Made by a program: the position numbers and the translations under genes | The notes under the pieces: model-generated | The model's database searches: none | What the model saw: the letters and a program-made list of their open reading frames with translations, nothing else | Told to the model about the DNA's origin: nothing | Assembly: GCA_965217865.1 (NCBI GenBank) | Contig: CBDCJO010000002.1 | Location: forward strand, 2,560,001-2,624,000 | DNA: 64,000 nt | Direction of reading: 5' to 3' | Source of the DNA: Candidatus Latescibacterota bacterium | GTDB taxonomy: Bacteria; Latescibacterota; UBA2968; SICM01 | In this document: in pieces, positions 1-9,749 of the stretch | How positions within the stretch are numbered: position 1 is the stretch's first letter | Layout of the letters: every line of letters begins with the position of its first letter

Positions 1-1595
1 GCCTCCTGTAAAAGGGAGGCAAATCTCTCCCGCCATACACGGGTCCCCCGGGGGGTGTCGTGGTTTTCGAAATAAGCCACCGCCACAGTTCGATTTGCGA
101 AAGTCCCTGAAGTCCTCTCCAGAAAATCAATCAACGGACTCGCATGCTCGGTTTCCCGATGGAAATCGACCAGCAGTGCATAGATCATATCCGTGGGGAT
201 GTCCACCGCCTCCTGTAGATCACACAGCGTCTCTCCGAGGACAATGGCATCATCCTTTACCTGGTTTATTCGGTTCTTGATCTGTTTTAAAAAGGGGCGA
301 TCCACGGTCTGGCTCGCATCGATCCTCACCCCATCCAGGTCGCACGTCTGAATCCAGAAAGGGGCAACCGCCGAGAGGTAGTTTTGAAGCGGCTTATTAA
401 ACTGGAGATCCAGAAGGGCCACGTCGGAATATACCAGCCAGGCGATCTGGTGAATCTTCGGACTTCCCGACGCGTCCAGAACATACCACTCGGGATGTGT
501 TTGAATCAACGGACAATCCCGACTGGTCTGCATCAAAACGAGATCAAAAATGACCCGCTTTCCGAGTTCGTGTGCGCGACGGGTCAACCGGCGAAGTTCC
601 GCCCGGCCCACAAGCTGCACAAGCCGATCCCGACCCACCCAATCCGAAAGCGCTTCGAACGTCTCGAAGTGGTTGAAGTCGTTCACCCGGCGCAACCGGA
701 CCTGTTGCCGGCCATCCAGAAGATCGCTCAAATCAAAATCTCTAATCAAACCTTCCGAAGCCAATTCGAGAAGATCGGCTTCCTCCGGGGGACTCACCAG
801 TAGGGGATCGAGTTTGAAAAAATCCTTCACGGCATAAACACTTCCCAGTTTCCCCTTGCGAACGTCTTTCCCCGTCGTGAGATCCTTAAATCCGGGTTCG
901 AAGAACGGCAACAGGTAGACCACATCCGTCGGACTCTCATCCAGAAACCGGGTCACATCCCGAAACATCCCGCTCAAGAACCTCCCGTCCTGTATTTTCG
1001 CACCCGCCTTACGGACACAGATCTCTGTGATCGAAAGGCATCGCTCAATCTGTTCGGGACTCACGACAATCAATCCGTCGCGGTTAAGGGTTACATCGTT
1101 GACCAAAATCCAGGCCTTAGAGGGGTCGGAATCAGATTTTTCATCCGCAGAAAATCCCACCGTATAATGGAATACCCCTGTCCGTTCAACCCGGATTACG
1201 TCAGATGCAAACACCAGGTTATTTCCAGAGAGTTCCGGAACGCCTTCCGCGTCCACCAAAAGATACATGGGGGAATAAAACCCCAGGCCGTTGTGATGCA
1301 CGCCCCGTTCATCGATAAACCCCAGGTCGTTCACGTCCGTCCAGAGATGCACATCGATATCCCTCGCACGGATGGCCTTCGACTCCACATCCCGCAGATA
1401 AAGCTCCGCCCGGACCTGAGCTTCCACCCTTGTTCGATTCGGTCCCAGATATGCCCGCGCCATCGTAGGGCCGTATCGAATCCCATCCAGGTCCACGGAC
1501 AGATTCCCCATCCAGACATCGCGGTTGTCAAACGTCCGAGGGGTGTAGGTTTCGTGGAGCTTTCGGTAGATCTGTTTTCGGATCCCGGTCATCAT
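1..1595 (-). CDS. GH13 alpha-amylase family glycoside hydrolase, 3' end runs off the window
   Basis: Absent from the ORF track, probably because it has no stop in the window. Manual translation from ATG 1595 (MMTGIRKQ...) shows DVVYLLPFF, GSVYAVKDFF, DGVRIDAS (nucleophile Asp), VLGE (acid/base) and FENHDTPR. Confidence 0.85.
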   Translation of the reverse strand, partial: MMTGIRKQIYRKLHETYTPRTFDNRDVWMGNLSVDLDGIRYGPTMARAYLGPNRTRVEAQVRAELYLRDVESKAIRARDIDVHLWTDVNDLGFIDERGVHHNGLGFYSPMYLLVDAEGVPELSGNNLVFASDVIRVERTGVFHYTVGFSADEKSDSDPSKAWILVNDVTLNRDGLIVVSPEQIERCLSITEICVRKAGAKIQDGRFLSGMFRDVTRFLDESPTDVVYLLPFFEPGFKDLTTGKDVRKGKLGSVYAVKDFFKLDPLLVSPPEEADLLELASEGLIRDFDLSDLLDGRQQVRLRRVNDFNHFETFEALSDWVGRDRLVQLVGRAELRRLTRRAHELGKRVIFDLVLMQTSRDCPLIQTHPEWYVLDASGSPKIHQIAWLVYSDVALLDLQFNKPLQNYLSAVAPFWIQTCDLDGVRIDASQTVDRPFLKQIKNRINQVKDDAIVLGETLCDLQEAVDIPTDMIYALLVDFHRETEHASPLIDFLERTSGTFANRTVAVAYFENHDTPRGTRVWRERFASLLQE

Positions 1596-1620
1596 CCTGC
1601 CTTTGAGGTCGGATTCCAGC

Positions 1621-1944
1621 TTACCGAGGGCCAGGGTAGAACTCGGCCCCCCGCACAATCATATCCTGTTGCTTTATCACGAGGTCCTTGACCCTCGGAA
1701 GATATTCACCAGACCATCGGGGGTCACTTCTAACCGACTGGCGTGCCTTTTCAAAATGCGCATAATCCTCATATGCCCAGATATGGATCACCCTGTTGAG
1801 CGGACCCACGTCCGTGTAATACCATCCCGCCAAGCGGACCCCGTGATCCTCCCGGATCTTGAGCGCCACCTCTCCAACCGCCTTCATGTACTCAGGAACT
1901 GATCCGGGTTTCAAGTCGTATATTCTCATATCATAGATCATCAT
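1621..1944 (-). CDS. NIPSNAP family protein
   Basis: MIYDMRIYDLKPG...GPLNRVIHIWAYED...R..VRSDPRW pattern; GAGGAGG RBS precedes ATG 1944, so the ORF-track start is too far upstream. Confidence 0.9.
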   Translation of the reverse strand: MMIYDMRIYDLKPGSVPEYMKAVGEVALKIREDHGVRLAGWYYTDVGPLNRVIHIWAYEDYAHFEKARQSVRSDPRWSGEYLPRVKDLVIKQQDMIVRGAEFYPGPR

Positions 1945-2108
1945 GAACCTCCTCGGAAGGGGCATAGACCAAGCTATGCGAAAAGGTTGTCTCTGGAATC
2001 CACTAACGATCAATCGGAATTGAAAAACCCAGCTAATATTGCCTCTCCCGGATCGGAAGTCAAGGCCAGATCCCAAGGGCGTCCTCTCCATTGAGGAGGG
2101 TATTTTAC

Positions 2109-2137
2109 TTGACATCCCGTGCGGAGTCCCCTTTATT
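2109..2137 (+). promoter_or_regulatory. Possible sigma70 promoter for the metalloprotease
   Basis: TTGACA-N17-TTTATT; the -10 is weak. Confidence 0.35.
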
Positions 2138-2242
2138 CGCTTGAATCTACAATCCTGGTTCTTCAGTTACCGATGGGGCATGCTTCGTAGGTCCGGGGTG
2201 TGCCTATTTTCATTTTGATCGGCATATTTCGAGGAGGAACAT

Positions 2243-4897
2243 ATGAAAAGCGGCATCCTTTACGCGATCGGTTTTGTTCTGACGATCTCGGTTCCCCAGG
2301 CGGTGGCCCAGGGGAAGACGGATGAATCAAGCGATTCCACCCAAGTAAAACCCGAGGGCGAAAAAGCCGAAAAGGAGAAAAAAGAGGATAAAAAAAAGGG
2401 GAAATCCTTCGATGAAGTGGTAAAGGATTTCCAGGCGATCGATGGCCTTTTCAGGCTTTATCACAATCCCGAAGACAATAAGGTATTCCTCGAATTAACG
2501 ACAGATCAGCTGGATAAAATTTTCCTCTGTTCGATCTCACGGGAAGTGGGCGACGGGACCTACTTCGATTCCGCCGCCATGATCGGGAGGTTTCCGTTCA
2601 TCTTCAAGCGGGTTGGTGAAAAAATTCTATTCATCCACAAAAACGTTTATTTCCGGGCAGACAAGGATACCGCCATCCATCGTGCTGTTGTCCGGGGAGT
2701 CGCCAACTCCATCGTGGGTTCTGCAAAGATCGAGAGTCGACCCCATACAGAGCGGGGCAGCATCCTGGTCAATCCCAGCGGTTTCTTCGTGCAAGACATT
2801 GCCATGGTCGGCCATATCTTCAACGAGTATATCAAAAGCGTGAAGTATAACTTCGACAAAGAAAACAGCTATTTCGAGAAGTTAAAATCATTCTCGGGCA
2901 ACACGGAAATTGAGGTGGCACTCCATTTTGTCAGTTCCAACCCCAAACCATCTCCAACGATCCCGGATCCCCGCAGTTTTCAACACGTCTACCACTACAG
3001 CCTCTCAAACCTCCCGCAATCCGATTATCGGCCGCGGGCTGCCGACGATCGCATCGGTCATTTCCTGACGATGTATCAGGACTATAACTCGGTACTTCGG
3101 GATACGCCTTATATTCGAAACATCAATCGTTGGCATCTCAAAAAGGCAGAACCCGGTTTCCGACTTTCTCCGCCCAGAAAGCCGATCACCTTTTGGCTTG
3201 AAAACACAATCCCCGTCGAATTTCGAGAACCCGTGAGAGAAGGGGTTTTGCTATGGAACAAAGCCTTTGAGCGAATCGGTTTCAAAGCTGCCATCGAAGT
3301 CAAACAGCAGCCCGACGACGCGGACTGGGATCCGGCTGATGCAAGCTACAACACGGTGCGTTGGATGGTACGGCCCGGGGGGGGCTATGCAATAGGTCCC
3401 TCTCATACCGATCCCTTCACGGGACAGATCTACGACGCGGACATCCGGGTCAGCGCGGATATCCTCCGCTATGTATTCATGGGATATGAAGAGTTGGTTA
3501 AGCCGGTGGCCGTGGGTGACTCGATTACATCCGGGATCCCGGGAACCTTTTCCTCTGGTCGTTGCGATCTGGGCGTAGGGGTGGCTCAACAGGCCGCATT
3601 CGGGTGGAATCTTCTCAATGCAAGGGGGATCGATGTCGATTCTGAAAAATTTGTCCGCGATTTTCTGGTCATGTTAATCGCCCACGAGGTAGGCCATACG
3701 CTCGGACTGCGGCACAACTTCAAGGCAAGCACCATCCATCTGGTCGATCTTCTCCAGAACAGAAAATTCACCCAGGCCAAAGGGATATCCGGATCCGTGA
3801 TGGACTACAACCCTGCCAACATCGCACCCGAAGGAAAAACCCAGGGGGATTATTTTCAGACCATGCTCGGCCCCTACGATTACTGGGCCATCGAATATGC
3901 CTACAAGCAGATCGATGCAGAAAGCCCGGAAAGCGAAAAGGGGGTTTTGGAGAAAGTCGCATCCCGGGGGACGGAACCTAGCCTTCCCTATGGAACGGAC
4001 GAAGATGCTCTATGGGGTTCGAGGGGGATCGATCCCGAGACCAACCGATGGGATCTGGGCTCGGACCCGATCGCATTCTACAGAAGCCGGATCCGTCTTG
4101 CCAGGGAACTCTGGCGTAAAATGGAGAGCGTATTCGAGAAGGGAGGAGGCCGATACCCCAAGTTCCGCCGTGTGTTTAACAGAGGCTTTGATCAATATCG
4201 CGTCGCAGTCATGAACGTCACCAAATTCATCGGTGGCATCTATCACAGGCGGGATCACATCGGCGATCCGAATGGCCGTGTTCCATTCGAACCGGTTCCC
4301 GCCGTCAAACAGCGGGAGGCCTTGGAATTCTTGATCGAGAACGTCCTGAGCCGTGACGCCTTTGATTTTCCCCCCCGACTTTTAAACAAACTCGCTCCCG
4401 AGCGCTTCTGGGACTTTTCGGGTACAGTCTTTAAGCTGGAGCGGATCGACTACCCGATACACGAAGTCGTTCTGTCCGTCCAATCAGATCCGCTGAACCG
4501 CCTTTTCGATCCTGTCCGATTGCGGCGTATGCAGGACATCCAGCTTCGCTATGATCTGAATCATGAACCCTTTGAAATGCGGGAAATGTTCGAAGGATTG
4601 AGGCAGACAATCTGGTCGGAGCTTTCGAACTCTCAGAAAATCAATAGCTTCCGCCGTGCCCTTCAGCGGGAACATCTCGACAGGCTCATCGGACTGGTGG
4701 TGGACCCCGCGAAAGGGATTCCGCAAGATGCGACCACATTGGCTCGCGCGGATCTGATCTCGATAAAGGATAATATCGATCCGGTCCTGGCGGGTCCGGA
4801 GGCGGATCCCTTTTCTCGGGCGCACCTGGAGGAAACGCGCGCAAAGATCGAAGCAGCCCTTCAGGCCGGCATCCATCGCAGGATCGGCTTGAATTGA
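2243..4897 (+). CDS. Secreted zinc-dependent metalloprotease (metzincin, DUF5117/DUF4953-type)
   Basis: Signal peptide, HEVGHTLGLRH zinc motif, Met-turn SVMDY, GAGGAGG RBS. Confidence 0.9.
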   Translation: MKSGILYAIGFVLTISVPQAVAQGKTDESSDSTQVKPEGEKAEKEKKEDKKKGKSFDEVVKDFQAIDGLFRLYHNPEDNKVFLELTTDQLDKIFLCSISREVGDGTYFDSAAMIGRFPFIFKRVGEKILFIHKNVYFRADKDTAIHRAVVRGVANSIVGSAKIESRPHTERGSILVNPSGFFVQDIAMVGHIFNEYIKSVKYNFDKENSYFEKLKSFSGNTEIEVALHFVSSNPKPSPTIPDPRSFQHVYHYSLSNLPQSDYRPRAADDRIGHFLTMYQDYNSVLRDTPYIRNINRWHLKKAEPGFRLSPPRKPITFWLENTIPVEFREPVREGVLLWNKAFERIGFKAAIEVKQQPDDADWDPADASYNTVRWMVRPGGGYAIGPSHTDPFTGQIYDADIRVSADILRYVFMGYEELVKPVAVGDSITSGIPGTFSSGRCDLGVGVAQQAAFGWNLLNARGIDVDSEKFVRDFLVMLIAHEVGHTLGLRHNFKASTIHLVDLLQNRKFTQAKGISGSVMDYNPANIAPEGKTQGDYFQTMLGPYDYWAIEYAYKQIDAESPESEKGVLEKVASRGTEPSLPYGTDEDALWGSRGIDPETNRWDLGSDPIAFYRSRIRLARELWRKMESVFEKGGGRYPKFRRVFNRGFDQYRVAVMNVTKFIGGIYHRRDHIGDPNGRVPFEPVPAVKQREALEFLIENVLSRDAFDFPPRLLNKLAPERFWDFSGTVFKLERIDYPIHEVVLSVQSDPLNRLFDPVRLRRMQDIQLRYDLNHEPFEMREMFEGLRQTIWSELSNSQKINSFRRALQREHLDRLIGLVVDPAKGIPQDATTLARADLISIKDNIDPVLAGPEADPFSRAHLEETRAKIEAALQAGIHRRIGLN

Positions 4898-7009
4898 ACA
4901 CCGATAATCATCTATCACCCCCGACAGGCCTTTCCTCTGACCCTTCCGGAGAGACATCATCTTTCGCAGGAGGACGTGCTCCGGGGCGTTTAGATCCGGA
5001 TCCCCATCGACGATTCGCCCAGCTATCCGCCTGGCTTCGAGGAGCAGGGCGCCATCCCGCACAGGGTGAGCGATGCGCAGCTCTGGAGACCCGGACTGCC
5101 GGGTCCCAAAGAGGTCCCCCGGGCCTCGCAGCTCCAGATCGATCTCCGCCACCTCAAAACCGTTGTCCGTCCGCACCATCGCGTCAAGACGCGCCCGGGC
5201 ATCATCAGACAGAATTCCTCCCGGAGGGTCCGCGATCAAGATACACGTAGACGCCCGCGCACCACGCCCCACACGTCCCCGCAGCTGGTGAAGCTGCGGC
5301 AACCCGAACCTCTCAGCGTGCTCCACGACCAGGATCGAGGCGTTGGGTACGTCCACGCCAACCTCCACAACCGTGGTCGAAATCAGCACGTCGATCTCCC
5401 TCGATTTGAAGGCGGACATCACGCCTTCTTTTTTATCTCGGTTCATCTGACCGTGAATCAACCCCAGGCGGAGACCCGACAGCGGGCCCGTGCTGAGAGC
5501 ATCGTAACCCTCGGTTGCGGCCTTCAGGTCGCTTTTTTCCGATGCCTCAACAAGGGGGAAAACCACGTAGGCCTGTCGTCCTTTAGCGACCTCGTCTCCA
5601 ACGAACGTCAGGATCGAAGCCCGCTTTCCCCCCGTCCGCCAGACCGTCTTTACCGGCTTGCGTCCGGGGGGTCGTTCGTCCAGGACCGAAACATCCAGAT
5701 CACCGTATAAAGTCATTGCCAAAGTCCGGGGGATCGGCGTTGCGGTCATCACGAGAACATCCGGAACCTCCCCTTTTCCTCTCAAGGCCGCCCTTTGAAA
5801 AACCCCGAAGCGATGCTGCTCATCGATGATCACCAGGGCCAACCGCGGGAATCGAACTTCAGCGGACAAGAGCGCATGCGTTCCGATGGTGATGGAGGCT
5901 TCTCCGGATGCTATCTCCTTCAGGGCGGACCGTCGTTCGATCGAGGACATTCCCCCCACAAGGAGGACGACTTTGACACCCATTGCCGATACGAGATCCT
6001 GGATGTTTGCCATATGTTGGTCAGCCAGGATTTCCGTGGGCGCCATAATTGCCACCTGAAGACCTTCCGATACGGCCATCAAGGCGGCGAGCAAAGCGAC
6101 GATGGTCTTCCCGGCACCAACCTCACCGTGCAGAAGCCGATTCATCGGGTGGGGCTTTTTCATGTCGGCGATGATCTCTTCGAACGTTCGATGTTGTGCG
6201 TCGGTCAGATCGAATGGCAGAGCGGCAACCAATCGGCGAGCCAGGTTTTCCGATCCGGCGGACACAAACCCGGGCTCAAGCCTCCTCCTTCCCCGTTCCA
6301 TAGTGAGCGCAATCTGCATCAGAAGGAGCTCATCGAACGCCAGACGTCTTCGAGCCTCCCCGGCCTGATCTTCTTTGTCCGGAAAATGGACACGACTCAA
6401 AGCTTCGGTCAGCCCCATCAATCCCGTTTCAGACAGGATCCGCTCGGGGAGCGGTTCCGGAACCTTGGAGATAAATCCTTCTAACGCAGTGCGAACGAAC
6501 CTCCGCAACCCCCGGCTGTCGAGCCCCCCCTCCTTCATCTTATCGGTCGTCATATAGATCGGAACGATCCCCCCCACACGACGAAGTTCTTCGCCCCCGG
6601 AGGCTAGGATCTCGAACTCCGGATGGGTCATCTGGGGTCTCCCCCCATAGCGCATCACCTTCCCGCCCACAGCGACCATGTCTCCGGCTTGAATCACCTT
6701 TCCGATAAACCCGAGCCTGCCAAACCAGATACATTCGATAAGTTCGGTCCCGACTTCGAGCTTCATCACGAATCCGGGGCGCTTTCCCCGGAGATAAACC
6801 GATGAGACAACGCGACCGACGACCGTTGTCTCCGTTCCTGAAGGCAGGTCGGAGAGTTGTGCAACCGTTCTACGGTCGATGTGCCGCCTGGGGATTCGGA
6901 GCAGGAGGTCCGATATCGTTCCCACCCCCACCGAATTCAGAAGGGCTGCCCGCTTTTCTCCGATTCCGCGGACTTGATCAACCGGAAGGTTCAGGGCTGG
7001 AATCACCAC
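4484..7009 (-). CDS. recG: ATP-dependent DNA helicase RecG (C-terminus extended antisense into the neighbouring gene)
   Basis: MNRLLHGEVGAGKT, IDEQHRFG, MTATPIPRTL, HQLRGRVGRG, DLELRGPG...RQSG. RecG-like sequence ends near 4920. Confidence 0.95.
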   Translation of the reverse strand: MVIPALNLPVDQVRGIGEKRAALLNSVGVGTISDLLLRIPRRHIDRRTVAQLSDLPSGTETTVVGRVVSSVYLRGKRPGFVMKLEVGTELIECIWFGRLGFIGKVIQAGDMVAVGGKVMRYGGRPQMTHPEFEILASGGEELRRVGGIVPIYMTTDKMKEGGLDSRGLRRFVRTALEGFISKVPEPLPERILSETGLMGLTEALSRVHFPDKEDQAGEARRRLAFDELLLMQIALTMERGRRRLEPGFVSAGSENLARRLVAALPFDLTDAQHRTFEEIIADMKKPHPMNRLLHGEVGAGKTIVALLAALMAVSEGLQVAIMAPTEILADQHMANIQDLVSAMGVKVVLLVGGMSSIERRSALKEIASGEASITIGTHALLSAEVRFPRLALVIIDEQHRFGVFQRAALRGKGEVPDVLVMTATPIPRTLAMTLYGDLDVSVLDERPPGRKPVKTVWRTGGKRASILTFVGDEVAKGRQAYVVFPLVEASEKSDLKAATEGYDALSTGPLSGLRLGLIHGQMNRDKKEGVMSAFKSREIDVLISTTVVEVGVDVPNASILVVEHAERFGLPQLHQLRGRVGRGARASTCILIADPPGGILSDDARARLDAMVRTDNGFEVAEIDLELRGPGDLFGTRQSGSPELRIAHPVRDGALLLEARRIAGRIVDGDPDLNAPEHVLLRKMMSLRKGQRKGLSGVIDDYRCSIQADPAMDAGLKGCFDLCARFLQVRPRKGIRLRTRQDRIDIILYRDQIRASQCGRILRNPFRGVHHQSDEPVEMFPLKGTAEAIDFLRVRKLRPDCLPQSFEHFPHFKGFMIQIIAKLDVLHTPQSDRIEKAVQRI

Positions 7010-7130
7010 ATCTGAGACCTTTCATAGTGAGGGGGGCCAGGGTGTTAACACGATGTTTAATAATTCAGAAAAATGCGGATCAACTCTTTCAAAGTCAAGA
7101 CCATGGCCAAAGGGCCCCCGGTGAATTCGC

Positions 7131-7159
7131 TTGACGCCTTCGCTACGATTTAATATATT
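7131..7159 (+). promoter_or_regulatory. Sigma70 promoter
   Basis: TTGACG-N17-TATATT, 37 nt upstream of ATG 7197. Confidence 0.6.
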
Positions 7160-7196
7160 GACCGTGATTAAAAATCTTTTCCCCGAAGGAGCCACG

Positions 7197-7694
7197 ATGG
7201 TTCACGCCGCAGTCACAGGCCTCTATATCGATCCCAAAATGGATACCATGGCTATTGTACTTTTGAAAGAGGTCAAGGGGGATCGTACCCTGCCCATTTA
7301 CATCGAAATAAATCTGGCGATGGCCATCGCGATGGAATTGAAAAAGACAAAAAATGGGTTTGGAAGGCCTCAGGCCCACGATTTGATCGCAACCGTAGTC
7401 AATTCGCTTCATTCTCGAATCGTCAGGGTCCTCATCTCAGACCTCAAGGAAAGAGTCTATTACGCACGTATCTTACTGGAATCCTCCACGGGGTTGCTCG
7501 AGATTGACGCGCGTCCCAGCGATTCGATCGTGCTCGCCCTCAAGTCAAAGGCCCCGATTATGATCGATGAAGTCGTATTCGATAAAAGGGCGAAAGATGG
7601 CTCTGAATCCGATGGAGAATGGGGCCAGGATCTGCGGGACCGGATTCGGCAGATCCCACCCGAAGACTTTGGAAATTTTAGTCTTAATTCATAA
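7197..7694 (+). CDS. Bifunctional nuclease family protein (DUF151)
   Basis: LPIYI...A.AI...RP.AHDL...IDARPSDSIVLAL; AAGGAG RBS before ATG 7197. Confidence 0.9.
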   Translation: MVHAAVTGLYIDPKMDTMAIVLLKEVKGDRTLPIYIEINLAMAIAMELKKTKNGFGRPQAHDLIATVVNSLHSRIVRVLISDLKERVYYARILLESSTGLLEIDARPSDSIVLALKSKAPIMIDEVVFDKRAKDGSESDGEWGQDLRDRIRQIPPEDFGNFSLNS

Positions 7695-7727
7695 CCTGCC
7701 ACCCATTACCCCCTTCCGATCCCTCCT

Positions 7728-9671
7728 ATGATCCCCATCTCCCCCCGGCTCTCGGTCGAGCGTCTTACGCCCTTCTTGATCCCATCACCAGCCAGTCACA
7801 AAATGGCGACCCTGTCCCTTCCTCTGATACTCGGTCTTCTCCTTTGCCCCCGGATCGCTGTCTCGCAAGTTGATGGAAGCCTCGTTTTTAATCCCAAAGC
7901 GGAGTCGGGGTTCATAAAGGCCCTCGATAGGTATCAGAAAACCGAATTCGTTGAAGCCCGACTCGAATTCCGGGTTCTCACCGACCTCAGGCCGACTCAC
8001 CAGCGGTCCTCTGCATCGGCACTGATGCTGGCCAAGTCGAACTATAAGCTTCAGGAATATAATCTCGCCGTTGCATCCGTGGCGGAACTCTTCGATGCCT
8101 TCCCGAACAGTCGGTATCTTCCGGAAGGCGATCTGGTGATCGGGGATTGCAGATTCCGCCAAGGCGACGTGGAGGGTGCTGCGGACATATATATCAAAGT
8201 CATCAAAGGTGGACACGATGTTCGGCTCAGGGCGAGAGCCGCGGATCGGCTGAGTGAATTGGTCGGGGCGAAACGCCTCTCGGCTGAACGTATAAATCGA
8301 TTAAAACAAGAAATTACCCCCATTCCATACGACGAGGTCATCCAGTTTGGTCAGATTCGATGGGCGTTCAGGCTCGGTTGGATCGATGGTGGAGAAACGA
8401 TGGCCAGAGCCTTCACAAAAAAGTACCCCTACAGCTCCTTTACCGCGCAGGTGGCTTCCCTAATCCGTACCCCACCGATGCCACCATCGTCGACGGCCTC
8501 CCCTCCAGGGAAAGTGAAAGGTAAAGCCAAGGTCGCCGTGATCTGTCCCATGTTGAGAGCTCAAGGAAGGGAACTCCGCGACGGAATCCTGCTTGCGAAG
8601 GAAACGTTCTCCCCGTCCTGCGGTTCTTTGGAGCTTGTCTTCGAAGACTCCAAAGACGACCCCATCACGTCGATCAAACGAGTCCAAAAACTCGCACGGG
8701 ATCCGAACATCGTGGCCATCGTCGGAGATCTGACCAGTCACGCCACGGTGCCCGCAGCAGGAGTGGCCAATGCCGCGAAGATCCCCCTGGTCACTCCAAC
8801 CGCCTCAGAGGATGGAATCGCATCGATCGGGGCCTATATCTTTCAGCTCAATTCCACTCCCGGGATGCAGGGACGCAGGATAGCGGATTCCGCACATCGC
8901 ATTGGCATTAAAACCTTCGTCATTCTGTCATCCCTCGATACCTATGGGAGGCACATGGCCGAGGCATTTTCAAACAGGGTCCGATCCCTTGGGGGGGAGA
9001 TCATCGCGCACGAGAGGTACTCCCCCGGAACGGTCGATTTCCGGAACCAGATTCTCCGCATCCGGGAGGTCGGGGAGGCGCTGATGGAACCGGAGGAGGA
9101 GGTCGAACCGGTCGTCGAATTGCCGGACTCCATCGTAGAGGAACCGGATACTTTGCGAACCATTACCTCGATCGAGGGTCTCCTCGTTGCCACACAATCC
9201 GACGAAGAGGTGATTTTGATATACTCCCAGATCATCTGGCACCGAATCGAGACCCAAATGCTGGGTGGGGATGGTTGGAATTCCCCTCGCGTATCCAGGG
9301 AGATCGGCAGTGTCGTGAAGGAGCCGCTGTTCGTGTCGAAATATTTCGAGGATTCGGCGGATTTTCAAGCGGAATCCTTCAGGGGGGCCTTTCGGAAAAG
9401 ATTCGGCAGGGCACCGAACGTGATCTCCGCTTTAGGCTACGACGCCATGACGTGCATCCTCAAAGCCATGGAAGGCGGGCAGACCACAAGAGAGACGATT
9501 CGAGCAAAGCTATCCGGGGGACTGGACTTTGAAGGGGCAACGGGTCGGGTTCTGTTTGCCCCGGGGAAACGAAAAAATAGCGGGATGTACATCTTGACCA
9601 TAGAGGACGGAATGATACTACCCGAGATTATCTCCGAAGCTGTCGAAGATACCGAAAAGACCGTGGAATAA
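7728..9671 (+). CDS. TPR (BamD-like) plus type-1 periplasmic binding domain protein, LpoA-like
   Basis: N-terminal hydrophobic segment, TPR-like helices (FPNSRYL), C-terminal LivJ-like domain (AIVGDLTS, SALGYDA). The start may be 7803. Confidence 0.7.
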   Translation: MIPISPRLSVERLTPFLIPSPASHKMATLSLPLILGLLLCPRIAVSQVDGSLVFNPKAESGFIKALDRYQKTEFVEARLEFRVLTDLRPTHQRSSASALMLAKSNYKLQEYNLAVASVAELFDAFPNSRYLPEGDLVIGDCRFRQGDVEGAADIYIKVIKGGHDVRLRARAADRLSELVGAKRLSAERINRLKQEITPIPYDEVIQFGQIRWAFRLGWIDGGETMARAFTKKYPYSSFTAQVASLIRTPPMPPSSTASPPGKVKGKAKVAVICPMLRAQGRELRDGILLAKETFSPSCGSLELVFEDSKDDPITSIKRVQKLARDPNIVAIVGDLTSHATVPAAGVANAAKIPLVTPTASEDGIASIGAYIFQLNSTPGMQGRRIADSAHRIGIKTFVILSSLDTYGRHMAEAFSNRVRSLGGEIIAHERYSPGTVDFRNQILRIREVGEALMEPEEEVEPVVELPDSIVEEPDTLRTITSIEGLLVATQSDEEVILIYSQIIWHRIETQMLGGDGWNSPRVSREIGSVVKEPLFVSKYFEDSADFQAESFRGAFRKRFGRAPNVISALGYDAMTCILKAMEGGQTTRETIRAKLSGGLDFEGATGRVLFAPGKRKNSGMYILTIEDGMILPEIISEAVEDTEKTVE

Positions 9672-9749
9672 TTTCAGGGGCCGACTCCCTCACAGGCGCG
9701 AACCAACCAAGCTTGGACTTAACTGGAGACCCCCTTGGAGGACAAAGAG

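Noticed and set aside
9672-9735. c-di-GMP riboswitch before the HD-GYP gene
   Set aside because: The gap is short and I could not find the conserved GEMM stems.
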